DNA of 63,201 bases, filler included, from Craspedostauros australis (Eukaryota), in the NCBI GenBank assembly GCA_030167865.1. It is 10 parts of 10 records of this genome, joined end to end, with 100 filler letters (N's around TTAATTAATTAA, not from the genome) between each part and the next. Parts side by side here need not be neighbours in the genome. Positions count along the whole stretch, not along the records: positions 20,118 to 42,182 come from JALAGF010004648.1; 9 more parts are not named here. One strand, 5' to 3'. Positions 23,626 to 35,365 of this stretch are shown piece after piece. Below the pieces are notes generated by a model. That model worked only from the letters and a program-made list of their open reading frames with translations. It did no database searches and was not told the origin of the DNA. The translations under genes were made by a program, and so were the position numbers. Every line of letters begins with the position of its first letter. Position 1 is the first letter of the stretch.

Positions 23626-25379
23626 TTTGGATGTCCGTGTCTGTGTCTGTATCTTGATGTTGGTATTGGTATTGGTATTAATGCTGATCGCTTTGGCGAA
23701 TGATCGATTTGGATGATGCAAGTGTGTTGATGATGATCTTGTTGATGAAGATGTTGCTTCAGCTGCCTTTTCTTGGTCTTCTCTTCGTTGCGTTTGTTGA
23801 TCGTGCTGAGAGGTTGGCGCCATTCGGGACTCTCTGTGGTGCTCTCTTGTCTGTGTGCGGTAGAGGGAGCGTCTTCTTGGTTGATTCTTGTTGTTCTTGG
23901 TTGCTGCCGATCTCGCCACCGCGACTCCACTCAGTCGCGCACAACGGTGCATGTCGTTGTCTCTCTATTGCCAAACGTTGCGTAACACAACGCGACATTC
24001 ACAAGACTAAAAATGTTCGAATGTGCGCAAACACATGCAATGGCTATTCCGTTGGCTGCCTGCAAAGACGTGGCTTAACCAATTTTCTCGAATGCGACAC
24101 GAATAACGCGCCAGGGGATCTAAGGTGCATCACGCCAACTTTCACCAACTCTTCGCCGCGAAGTGGACGTTGCCCCATGCAGCTGAGGACAAACACATGA
24201 TCCGCACTCTGCGCACCTGCGGGTGTCCATCCTGAGACGGAAACGGTGGACGCAACAGAGATAGAGCGCGGATGCAGACGACCTCCATTCCAAATGCTAC
24301 CCTCCGCTTTCTCCTCCGCCGATGTAGATCATACAGAAGGACACGCGCAACAACGCATGCCACAATCCAACTTCTTCGAACAACTGTACTCGACTACTTT
24401 GCGTCAGAATAGCATGGGGCGTGATCACCGCCTGCCACGATCCACAAAAATCCGTGCAATGCTGAATCCCGTGCCACTCCGGTGCTCGCTCCAGAGTTGC
24501 ACCGTCCGTCCCATATCTGCACTACTATGTTGCTAAATAGAATCTTGAGTGGAGCAGTAATCTGCTCTGGAGCGGAGTATGGAAATACGGTCGCTCTCGT
24601 ATTCCTCCCACAAGCATCAACACGCAGCTTCCGTTGCTTTTTGCGACTGTTTGCTTTGTTTGATGCGGTAATCTGATTCGTGGATAATGCGATTCCACGT
24701 ATCCAAGAGTGGATGTGTCCGTTTGCTGGATATCGCGAAAGTTGTCAAACTGTTTTTTTGGAACTGACAGATAGACATTCATACACACAGACAGACAGAC
24801 AAGAACTGAAACATCACGAAATCGAAACGATTCTGGGAAATGCCACCCATCTTCAACGCCGACATGTGCAAACAGCACGCGAACTGGACATGTCGGAGAG
24901 GGTATGACATTTTGTTGGCGATGGGGTGGAACAGACTGGGCACCTCTGCGCCCAGCGTGACATGATGGGCAGATCCTCTCTTTCTGTTTGTCGAACCAAC
25001 GATCGTGACCCTTGCGCACTTCGCAGAAAGCGCCATCACTCTTGACCACACAACCACCATGTGCGAAGGATCCCGCGTGCTCCGATGTTCAACAACATGT
25101 CTGCCGAGACCCGCGGAAGACGGAAATGTCTCCTCTTGACATCTGTCAGCGCTACTACCTCCATCTCATCGTCGTACGGCGATCATGGCGACGCTACCCA
25201 CGCGACGAACTTGTGATGTTTGCCATCCAGCAAAAGATACACACAAGAAACACACAGAAAGAGAGGGGAAAGATGCGAGATCTCTCCTGATCCTCCAACG
25301 GCGCTCCCGCCACAAGGAAGTCATAAATGCGAAGAGAGAGAACACAACAACAACAACAACAACAACAACAACGCCTGCG

Positions 25380-28208
25380 ATGACCAAGGAGGAAGCCTCC
25401 CAAGATGACGATCGGCCAACAAGTGCCACCGATGCACCTCAGCCCGAGATAGCCGCGGCTCTGCCTGATCAAGGAAGCGATAGCCCAGGTGGACACACCA
25501 CGAGCACGGCAACACAGGGAAACACAAGCGAAGGCACAGGCATGCTCGTGCTCGCACCAACACAGACGAACGAAGGCAATCGTGGCAACGCCGCCCACCC
25601 TAATCCACGCACAGGCAATAGTCGAGATGCCAGGCTTCGAAGGAAGATGCGAAAGGTGGGATCAACACCAACGAAAGGGCCGCGAACTCCAACAGAGCAA
25701 CAGGAGGCCGCATCGAAAGAAGAGGTATCCAGCAGAGCAGCATCTCGTAAAGCCGCCTTCAGGACAGCTACGTCCAGGAGAGCATTGTCAAGGAAAACTG
25801 CAATCAAGGAGGCTGCATCTGCGGAGATCGCGGATAGAAAAGAACGGCAACTGGGGGCAGTGCAGTTCGTTGGTATTGGAGACGATGACGACGACGACGA
25901 TGATGAATATGAGTATGGTGATGTCAATATTCCGATCGATAATCCGGAGTGGCAGCGCATGGCAGCAGTTCGGTTGGAAGCTGGAACAGACGCTGATGCT
26001 GATACAGGCGTTGACATCCCTGACAAGTACTTCATTCGTGGTGCGGAGACCCCGGGTGCGGTCCACATTGGCGGTACAAGATTTGACCCAGATGACGACC
26101 TGACTGTCGCAGAATCGGTGACGGACGTGCACGAGGGGAGCGGCACGCAGGCACCACCAAATCCATCGCAGCCACCGACAAGCCCATTTCACCCACATTT
26201 ATGGATTCATATCGAAAACGCGCAAGGAGCCAGAGCAGGCTTGTCAGATGCCGAACGTGAGCGCATCCAGGCTGAAACCAGACAGCGCTTCCTCATGGAA
26301 GGTGTTGAAGCACAGATTGTGGTGACCAGCGGGTCGCCACCTGCACATCAACACGAAAACAAGGCCAAAGGGAAGCGCAAACACTACATTGGCCTCTGGC
26401 TGTGTTTTGGCCTTGCCGTCATGGTTGGGGTGGTCATGATCGCTCTGGCCGCGACTGGCCAGTTCCAGCCCTCATCTGCTACCGCACAGAACGACCGTGT
26501 TATTGAGAACAAAGGCAACGGCACTGCCACAGGAGACCGCTCTGATGGTCCAGGTCACGACCAACAGGATACCACAACGAACACGACAACCACATCGGCC
26601 CCGACCACGTCGGTCCCGACTACACTGGCTCCTACCACTCTAGCTCCAACACCAGTGCCATCACAAATTCCGACCACGACCTCACAACCAACTGACATAC
26701 CAACTCTATCACCGACGTTGGGAGAAAACCTCGTCTGCACCTCCGCCCATCCGCTTGAGGTTGGACCTGAAAACGCAATCAATGCATCCTTTCCGTTCGA
26801 TGAGGTGCTCTTAGAACACATCAGTAGGTGCGAAACGGGTAGTATTCGCGAAGCAAGCGGCCTGTGGTACCGACATCGACCTTCCAAGTCTGGTCCAATG
26901 GTAGTGCAAGTCACCGAAGGGTACACCGTCAGAGTCTTCCAATCAGCTTTTTTCACACCAGATATGGATTGTGTCTACATGGATTGTCCAAAGTCGCCCA
27001 TTCACCAATTCGACATCCACCGTACATCATGGCTTGCAGAGGCAGGGGCACATTACATCATCCTCGTACACACCGACTACCCAATTGCCATTCAAACATT
27101 CGAGGTCAGTCTTTGGTACAACGATGTCCCAATGTTCCCATACGGACCAATCGATGTGACTGGGAATGCACAAGTGCTCCCCGGGACGTTCAGTCGAGGC
27201 TCATCGTTGAGCGCAAGTTCGTACGACACCCCCATCGCTACTGCATCCACTGGCGCAGCATCTCATTCAACAACAAACAACCATTTCATCGCGATGCCTT
27301 CCTGTGGCACGGCCACGCCACAGAGCACAGTCGGTGCTTGGTACACTGTTCACGGGAACGGGGAAGAGGCGATAGCACTCACGTGTGGCCTTACATCCAT
27401 CGACACACAGATCTCCGTCTTTGTCCACGACACGCCGTGGGAGGATCAGCTAGATATCTTGCATCACCAGCTCAGTACGGGACAGCTGCTGGACCAGGAC
27501 ACCCTCACGTCGTTCATTGATAGTCTACAATGTGTGGATGGCAACGACGATTCTTGCTCATCAACGCAAAGTCAGGTATCATGGAGCACTGAGGTGGGAA
27601 AGCTGTACTTCGTGTTGGTGCATGGGCATGTCGAGGATACCAACCACACCGAGCCCTTCGAGATTTCCTTCTTCGATGGATCTCCTCAGAATGTGCTGGA
27701 CGGTGATTTCTGCGTCAATGCCATCGATGCCAACGATGCAGTGTTCGTCGTCGTAGAGAATGAGTATGACCCAACCAAGAACATCGTGCCACACGAAGAG
27801 GTGCTGTTCGACAACTGTTACCTCACAAAGTTCGTCAGCTTCGATGGGGTTGAGGATCGAGACATAGGATCTCTGGACGGCTGCTACAACGAGTGGACAT
27901 ATCCTAGGGATGGTAGCGTCCCATCCGGACTATGGTATCGAGTTGATGGAACTGGCGGCACGTTTCGGGTGCGGATGGCTTGCATCGATGACCCGGGTTA
28001 TGGAGAAACGGGAACATCTGTGCTGACGCATCCCAAAGCTCTTGGTGGGCTTGGTTGCGGGCAATTGGAGTGCGTGACAGACACCTGCAACGATGAATGC
28101 GAGTTTCAAACCACGGAGGACAACGTATACTACATCTTCATCTTCACCTTTCCCGAGGTGTTCTGCAGTTCCCCAACTTTGCACTTCCACATCATCGACT
28201 CCCAGTAG
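25380..28208 (+). CDS. Type II membrane protein with a Thr/Pro-rich stalk and three Cys-rich G-x-W-Y repeats
   Basis: Part of the 1007-aa ORF; likely ATG at 25380. Disordered N-terminus with TPGAV, TM (YIGLWLCFGLAVMVGVVMIALA), APTT/PTxSPT stalk, repeats GLWYR, GAWYTVHGNG..TC..DTQISVF..CVDGNDDSC and GLWYRVDGTG. Confidence 0.8.
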   Translation: MTKEEASQDDDRPTSATDAPQPEIAAALPDQGSDSPGGHTTSTATQGNTSEGTGMLVLAPTQTNEGNRGNAAHPNPRTGNSRDARLRRKMRKVGSTPTKGPRTPTEQQEAASKEEVSSRAASRKAAFRTATSRRALSRKTAIKEAASAEIADRKERQLGAVQFVGIGDDDDDDDDEYEYGDVNIPIDNPEWQRMAAVRLEAGTDADADTGVDIPDKYFIRGAETPGAVHIGGTRFDPDDDLTVAESVTDVHEGSGTQAPPNPSQPPTSPFHPHLWIHIENAQGARAGLSDAERERIQAETRQRFLMEGVEAQIVVTSGSPPAHQHENKAKGKRKHYIGLWLCFGLAVMVGVVMIALAATGQFQPSSATAQNDRVIENKGNGTATGDRSDGPGHDQQDTTTNTTTTSAPTTSVPTTLAPTTLAPTPVPSQIPTTTSQPTDIPTLSPTLGENLVCTSAHPLEVGPENAINASFPFDEVLLEHISRCETGSIREASGLWYRHRPSKSGPMVVQVTEGYTVRVFQSAFFTPDMDCVYMDCPKSPIHQFDIHRTSWLAEAGAHYIILVHTDYPIAIQTFEVSLWYNDVPMFPYGPIDVTGNAQVLPGTFSRGSSLSASSYDTPIATASTGAASHSTTNNHFIAMPSCGTATPQSTVGAWYTVHGNGEEAIALTCGLTSIDTQISVFVHDTPWEDQLDILHHQLSTGQLLDQDTLTSFIDSLQCVDGNDDSCSSTQSQVSWSTEVGKLYFVLVHGHVEDTNHTEPFEISFFDGSPQNVLDGDFCVNAIDANDAVFVVVENEYDPTKNIVPHEEVLFDNCYLTKFVSFDGVEDRDIGSLDGCYNEWTYPRDGSVPSGLWYRVDGTGGTFRVRMACIDDPGYGETGTSVLTHPKALGGLGCGQLECVTDTCNDECEFQTTEDNVYYIFIFTFPEVFCSSPTLHFHIIDSQ

Positions 28209-28499
28209 TCCAGGAGGGCCAGTTCGGACGGATCTCGATAGATATGTTCGTCTTCGCAGCAAGGGCAACGATAAAATACACACATCATTTATGATACCAT
28301 TTGTAGAATGATCTTGGTTACCTGTCCTCTCTGTCTCTCCCTCCAGAGATCATTGAGTGAAATGGAATTCAAAACTGCATCACGGTGACGAAGGATTCCA
28401 CCAGTCTTCGTTGGGAGACTGTTGTTGGTGCTGCTGGACGCAGTCTGTCGCAGGCATCGAAACGAACCACGACCATACGTACCACACGAACACCTTGCA

Positions 28500-29880
28500 C
28501 TAAGCGTGACCATCGCCGTTTGTATTCATGCTCGTAGCGACATCGCGGTTGGGCGCAGCCACCGACTGCTGCGGCGTACGGAGATCTGTACGGCGACAGT
28601 GGACCCCACGCTCCTCCAACGCATTCTCCAGGGCTGCGATCATCCGCTCCATCTCCGCACGTTCATCGTGAATCCGCTCTATCTCGCCATGGATGACTGA
28701 TGTCTTCATCTCCATCCATTTCGGAAGCTGCTGTTCACGGAAGCTGGTGCCATCCGTTTGGCACTCCAGTTCCTGAAGGAGCCATTCTGTCTGTTCCTCA
28801 AGGCAGGCGTCGGGCGTTTGCTCGGTGATCTTCATGGTTGAGGCTTCCTGCTCAACCTCACGAAGACGGACGGTTGCTTCCTCCAGATCTTCCGCATACT
28901 TGCGACTTTCCTCATCCTTCTGGGATTGGATTTGCTTGATCTTCTCTCTGGCGCCAAGCAGCTCGGCGTGTTGGAATTGGGCCTGTAGTTGGTTAGCAGT
29001 TTGGTTCATGAGTACATGAGGAGGCGGAAGAAACGAAAGCAAGGTAAGCGTGTTTGCAAGTTGGGCACGATAGTGGAGAGGATGGAAGCATGATGGACAT
29101 GTTCAGAGACGGGTTGGCTTTGCGACGGTTGATGCGAAGCAAGCCAACCACCGCGCGTGGTCCGTTGTCGCGAATGGTATGCCATGGTCGAGCACCACCG
29201 TGCTCACAAGTACTACAAGCACAAGCACAAGCACAAGCACATACCTCCTTCGCCAACTGCTCAATCTCCTCCTCCAAAGGCCCCGCCGCCGTTGTGAAAT
29301 GCTCGATCGCGTCCTGGGCTTGGCGCACTTCCTGCTCCAAATCGCGAACGCCGGATGCGATCACATCGTGCTCATCCTTCAACAGACGCGTGCGTTCCAT
29401 TGCAAGCTGCTTGCGACGATGATAATCGTCACGATCGCGGCGCAAGGTTGCCAGCGCGCCTTGCAGACTCTTGACGATGTCGGTCTCGGTCTTCGGGTTG
29501 CGCCGCTGTGGCATCGCGCTGCGATAGGTGGTGATCGATGCGGCTCTGCGCTTGGACGGTGGTCGCGCAGACGCCGGTGGACGATGAAGTGGTCTTGCGG
29601 CGCTGCCGCGTGGTGCACCACGTTGCAGTCCCATCGTTGGCGCGAAAGGTCGCTTGATGGGAGTCGCGGGTCGTCGTTTTGGGCCTGCGTTCATCGGGGG
29701 GATGGAAGGGCAGTAGTTCCCGTTGATGGTCTTCTTACTGCCGCTGTTGCTGTTGCTGTCATTGTTGTTGTTGACGTGCGAGCGCGCCATTGCAGGTTGA
29801 TTGGCTGCATTCGTGGTACGAGCGTTCTTCATCGCTGCTGCGACGCCGCCGTTGTTCTCCTTGCCCAACAGGAAGCTCAT
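28500..29880 (-). CDS. Hypothetical coiled-coil protein; exons 29880-29245 and 28982-28500
   Basis: GAG|GTATGT...CTAAC...TACAG|GCC phase-0 intron joins two ORFs. N-terminal KEN and basic/Pro-rich region, then heptad-rich E/Q/L sequence. Confidence 0.7.
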
Positions 29881-31769
29881 GATGACGATTCTCGGAGGCT
29901 GCGGCTGATTGTTCCGCTAGTTGAGGCAATGAAGTTGAACCTACTGGTATTGTCGTCGTGCTATGTTGCGTTTGGTATTGAGAGAGACCTGATTCAGAAA
30001 CGGTGGGAGCCAAGGTTGTGGGAAGAATGTTCGCCAACGCAGTGAGGCGGGGCGCTTCTTCCTCCGTGTGTTGTCCTTGTTGTTCGTCCACCAACCAAGA
30101 AACTGGATTCTTGGTGTGAAGTTTGCAATCCGTATCTTTGATGGTTCGACGCTACCCTTCCGCAAAATATCACTTTACAACAACACGTCCAATGCAGTTG
30201 GAAGTTTCGCAAAATGGGAGTGGACAGAACCGGCGTGAAATTAAACCACAACCATTCCAAAGCGCTACTTTAGACACTAAAAAGAAGCTAGAGACCTGCA
30301 GCTCGTCGCTCGTTGGCGCGACAGCGGAAGCAGCATTCAACGAGAGGTGCGATACCCAGACAGGAGACTTCTCCAAAGTAACTGTCCACACTCTTCTACT
30401 ACGGTATGTATGGTACAATTCGTACCATGCGGTATGCCTGGGCCATGATACAATGTGCATGTCGGAACAGATCGGACGCTGCCATCGCAAATGTGTGGTT
30501 GGCCGCAAGTGTTGGATCATACGATCACGCCGAGCAGCTTCTGGCCACCACGATCTGTCGGGCAATTCTTGTTCCCCGTGTGTGCATTGATTCTAATATG
30601 GATGCACACATAGGTTGGAAAGTTGGAGGAGGTCATCGTATGGTTCCATGCGCGGACCACAACGCCATGCGTCGCACGCCGCCAATGGAGATTTATCAGC
30701 GCCCGCTCTCCCTAGATCTTGCTCATGGTTTGGGACATGGCATGGGCGCGGGCAGCGCCGTTCCATTCTTGTGACGGTATCCCGACTGCTTTTGGAGTAC
30801 TGCTCGCATTTCGGCTGCATCGCCATTGGTGGGGCCATCAGAGCCCGCGTCGCAGTGGAAGGCTTGAATGGAATTGCTTCGAAGATGTGACGGAGCCCAC
30901 GTTCCCTCAACATTTCATGCTTCGACGTCGCCTGTTAACGAAGGGAAATTCAGAATGTTGAATACACCGACAAGGCATAAAGAATGAAAAACAACAACAA
31001 CAGCAATATTGTCAGCGACGCCTTCGAAGGGTTGATCCACGCTTCTCCAATCATCAATCATTGATCACTCTGTTTATGAAAATGTATGCCCCCAGTCACT
31101 TCTCACGCCACATCGTCGTCACGGGAAACCTATTTCGAGGGGCATCGGAGTGGCGATCAGGGTTTCCCCAACCAGCCAACGTCCATTCGATCAATCAGAG
31201 AGATGACCGTCAATCTTGGCAACAAGATGGATCCCTCCAGCATGAACTCCTCGTGGTGTGCAGTTTTACCACGAGGCATGCGGATCCCAAATCTTGTCCG
31301 TCGCGGCAGCAACGGGCGGGTCGCAGCGGCCACCATACACGCGAGGTGCATGCAGCGCGGGTGCGGAATGGAAGGTGAGAGTGTTGCGCCATGCTCGAGT
31401 TGGTTCGCAACCCGAACAAACGCAACGGCTTCCTTCCGCGGTCAGAACCAAACGTGCACGAATGCGACGATGGAACTGACGATTTTGCAACCCCAAAGTG
31501 CCGTGAACAAAAGAGGAATAGAGTGGAATACAACACAATAGAACGATACAGCAGAATGGAGGCTTGCACACATGTGCTTTCTCGCGTTGTGCATCATCAC
31601 TGTGCCTCCAACACAGACATACGCGCTGGACGTACATATCGTGAGCATGGAATCGGATGCTGTGACGATCAAATCCTCTTGCGTCAAGTGACGCAATGCA
31701 ATGCGCTTGCTATGGGTGCGTGTGTTTGTGTGTGCGTAGGTACGTGTATATTGGTCACGCTGCCTTGCT

Positions 31770-33143
31770 TCACTTCGGACAGTGATAAAGCAAGGCATGG
31801 ATATGCCGCACCATGGCCGGCTTCTTCATGTAATGGTACGACACGCTGTCGGGTGCGCAGCAGTCTTCACCGTAGAGGATGCCCCACTCCTTGTTGTACT
31901 GATCGTACCAGTCGGTGGGGTTGGGACTCAGGTTGTAATGGCTGGCCGGAGCGAATGGATGGAACCGCTCGCGCTTCCGGTCGTCTCTGGTATCGGTCAA
32001 TCCAATGCCGAACGCTTCGCGCAGACATTCCGCCACCATGACGTCTTCCATGGAGGTCTTGAGACGCGGGTTGCATTTGGGATGGTCCAATCCTTCGTTG
32101 TAGAACTTTCGCAGCATCCCGCGCGACAGCGCGTATCCGGATCCACCCGAGTTGAAGTAGTTGTTCTTGCCGTACCCCTTGAAGCGACGCCCGGCGAAGT
32201 GCAGGTCCTCGTAGGAATCGCCCAGCGTGGCCAGGTAGGCCCTCAGATTCTGGGGAAGGACGTATAGATCTTCGCCGCCGATGAAGAAGTAGTCGAAGTC
32301 CTCCAGGTAGTGCTCGCCCACGAACCTCCACATGGATCGTATCTTCTGCCACATGTTGTGATAATCCTCGGGACCATCGTGAGGGATGGAGATGGCGGGA
32401 AGACGTGGGTCGCTTTGCGTCGAGAAGGCGAGGAACCCGTCGCATCCTCCGCCCCACGTCTCGCGAATGGCGCGGATGTTGGTGGGATGGTTCGATGCCA
32501 TGGTGTATATCATGCACATGATCCTGGGTCCCTTCTGCGACGCTTCCGACGCCATGGGCTGCGCCGTGATGTGGGTGGCGCGCAACGCATCGCCGTTGTC
32601 GTCGTTGGGTCCGCCGAACACGCCGATCGCGTCGCACAGCTCCTGGTCGAGCTTGGGTGGCCACGCATTGCCGTCGGCGTCCTTGCCTTCCAGCATCATG
32701 CGGCGCAGCATGGTGACGTCCGGGATCCAGTCGGCAGGCGGCACGGGCGCTTCGCCCATCTCCTCGTCGCGTTCGCGGCACGTGTCGCAGGAATGCGAGG
32801 TCTTGAAGCACTTGCGCCACGAGCATTGCATCGTCTCCGCGATGCGCGGTTGCCATCCGTACCACGGATTGTCGGGCGCCGTCTTGCGATGCAGCATCAC
32901 GCGCGATTCCAGACCGCGCAGCACCTCCTTGCCGAACGCCTTGGGATGCTGGCGCAGCTTCTGGCCCATCTCGGAGGACTCCGCGTTCTCGACGGCCTCG
33001 CGGATGGACTGCGAGAACAGATAGCAGCCGATCAGCCAGAGCAGCAGGAACAGGCACAGGACGGACCTCGCCAGGCTGCGCTTGCCTTTCGCGTCTCTGC
33101 CGCCTCGCGCGGGCAGCTTCCTGCGCGATCTGGTCTGGAACAT
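31770..33143 (-). CDS. Core-1 beta-1,3-galactosyltransferase-like (GT31, C1GALT1-like), type II membrane
   Basis: TM (SVLCLFLLLWLIGCYLF), RIMCMIYT, AIRETWGGGCDGFLAFS, MWQKIRSMW, DYFFIGGEDLYV, FNSGGSGYALS, EDVMVAECL, RERFHPF and CCAPDSVSYHY. Likely ATG at 33143. Confidence 0.85.
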   Translation of the reverse strand: MFQTRSRRKLPARGGRDAKGKRSLARSVLCLFLLLWLIGCYLFSQSIREAVENAESSEMGQKLRQHPKAFGKEVLRGLESRVMLHRKTAPDNPWYGWQPRIAETMQCSWRKCFKTSHSCDTCRERDEEMGEAPVPPADWIPDVTMLRRMMLEGKDADGNAWPPKLDQELCDAIGVFGGPNDDNGDALRATHITAQPMASEASQKGPRIMCMIYTMASNHPTNIRAIRETWGGGCDGFLAFSTQSDPRLPAISIPHDGPEDYHNMWQKIRSMWRFVGEHYLEDFDYFFIGGEDLYVLPQNLRAYLATLGDSYEDLHFAGRRFKGYGKNNYFNSGGSGYALSRGMLRKFYNEGLDHPKCNPRLKTSMEDVMVAECLREAFGIGLTDTRDDRKRERFHPFAPASHYNLSPNPTDWYDQYNKEWGILYGEDCCAPDSVSYHYMKKPAMVRHIHALLYHCPK

Positions 33144-33791
33144 GGTCGAGTGTGAGCAGTTGGATGCGTTGTGGTGTGGGTCTTGATGTTGATGGGTGCA
33201 CACGGTGGGACGCTTTCCCTCTCAATCCAAGGCTGCGGTCGCAGTTGTGGTTGTGGATGGGTTGTGGAGGAGAGCGATGACAGACAAGCACGCAAACAGA
33301 CCATGGCGTTGTTCTCCTCGGTTTTGATCCGTTTGGATCGATTTCTTCGTGGTTGTCGCAAATGTCTCGAACATGACTGTTCGTCTTGAGCAAAGTGCGG
33401 TAAAATAGTAGGATCTTCACGAGCGAGTCGACCGTGCGTCCAACGTTCCTTCTTTCTTCTGGTTGTCGGACAAATACAGGCAAACACAGCCAAACACAAG
33501 GATGCTGATGCACAAAGAGAGAAAGAGGAGACCGCGCGAACAAGACAACAAAACCTCAAAACAACAACACACACCACTCAGCCCCACACTCAAGCACATC
33601 AACAACAGACATCGAATTGCCACTCATATTCATCACACAGCGTATGGTACTCATACTAGTATTCTATTATAGAATAGTAAGCCATTGAAGACACACAATC
33701 GATATCTCTGCCACAGGTAGCTCTAATAGCACACTTCCTCGACAGCCAATCCAACAACCATCGACCATCGACAATTGACCATCCTCTCAAC

Positions 33792-34583
33792 ATGCCGAAT
33801 GTTACGAATGAACAACTCCTTGATGCTGCCTGGGACGGTGACTTGTCGGTGTTGAAGGAATGGAAGAAGCAGAACGAGACACAGAATGAAGGAGTTGATG
33901 TCAACAAGGTTGCAAGAGGCAGGGGACGTATCACTCCCCTTCATCAGGCATGCATAAACGGCCAGCTGGAGTGTGTGAAGTACCTCATCAAAACATGTGG
34001 GGCGAACATCAACTGCAAAAACAACTCTGGTCGCACTCCCCTTCATGATGCATGCTACAACGGCCACCTGGAGTGTGTCAAGTACCTCATCGAATCATGT
34101 GAGGCGGACATCAACTGCAAAAACAACTATGGTCGCACTCCCCTTCATCAGGCATGCATAAACGGCCAGCTGGAGTGTGTCAAGTACCTCATCGAATCAT
34201 GTGAGGCGGACATCAACTGCAAAGACGACGATGGTTCCACTCCCCTTCATCGGGCATGCTACAACGGCCACCTGGAGTGTATCGAGTACCTCATCGAATC
34301 ATGTGAGGCGAACATCCACTGCCAAAACAACTATGGTGACACTCCCCTTTGTTGGGCATGCTGCTGCGGTCACCTGGAGAGTATCGAGTCCCTCATCAGA
34401 GGACTTTCGCCTTCAGCTCACACACAACTGCAACAACTGCAGCAACGCTTACAACAAAACGAACAAGCAAATGAACAAGCAAATGAACAACCACAAGAAC
34501 AGTTGGGACAACAGTTGAAGCGAAAGAGGCAAGATAATGAACACAAACACAGCAGCAACAAGAGGACCAACATCAACATTTGA
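33792..34583 (+). CDS. Ankyrin-repeat protein, copy 1 (five TPL-type repeats plus a Q-rich coil)
   Basis: 102-nt repeats encoding G.TPLH.AC.NG.LECVKYLI..C.A.INC; stop TGA at 34581-34583. Confidence 0.85.
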   Translation: MPNVTNEQLLDAAWDGDLSVLKEWKKQNETQNEGVDVNKVARGRGRITPLHQACINGQLECVKYLIKTCGANINCKNNSGRTPLHDACYNGHLECVKYLIESCEADINCKNNYGRTPLHQACINGQLECVKYLIESCEADINCKDDDGSTPLHRACYNGHLECIEYLIESCEANIHCQNNYGDTPLCWACCCGHLESIESLIRGLSPSAHTQLQQLQQRLQQNEQANEQANEQPQEQLGQQLKRKRQDNEHKHSSNKRTNINI

Positions 34584-35365
34584 GAAGATCGGCCATATCC
34601 TTCCAAACCGAGAACAGGACAGACACCATCTTTTTGTGTGGACAGGGCGACCAACAACAAGCAATCAAAGCAAACGCCGAAGTCATCATGGTCACCGTCC
34701 CATCCATTCAGACATTGATCAATTCTGGCATCCAACACCAGCACACGAATGACGCCATCGAAGACGACGCGGGCCCCATCCCAACAACCATCGCTCTTCC
34801 CAATCTTCAACCAAAACACGTCCGGTACGTCCTCCAATGCATCTACACAGACGAGATATCCTTCAATGACAGCGTTTGTAACAACGCTGCTGCACACATC
34901 GGAGCTCATATCGGCGCTCTCACCAGCGCTCACCACAATGCAGATGCCTCTCACCAGCCAACTCTCATCCTCACTGAACAGGATGATCTGCAACAGCTGA
35001 TCCTTGTGGCCAACAAGTTTGGCGTCTGGCGACTCAAGCTTGTTCTTGAAGCAGAGTTGGCCCGCAAGCATCTCACAGATGACACCATGACAGATGTGTT
35101 GATATTCGCTCATCAGCACAACTGCGTGGTGTTGAAGGATGCAGCAATGAGAATGGCAGCTGAAAGTGAGAAAGATATGTTCACTCATCTAGATTTAAGC
35201 AAGCTGATTCCACACCATCAACTGATGACGGAGATCCAGGTGTTTTGCAGTGGGAGAATCGAGAGTGATGGTACTGATGATGAGTACAGTCGTATGTCCA
35301 TGATGGACCTGCACAAGGTTGTAGATGAGGACGAGGGCACAGTAATATATCTGCTCGTGCAATAG
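34584..35365 (+). pseudogene. BTB/POZ-BACK-like region downstream of copy 1, cut off by the TGA and a 1-nt deletion
   Basis: TDTIFLCG..IKANAEVI..VPSIQTL, VRYVLQCIYT, LILVANKFGVWRLKL and VLIFAHQHNCVVLKDAAM. Frame is -1 relative to the ankyrin ORF. Confidence 0.7.
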
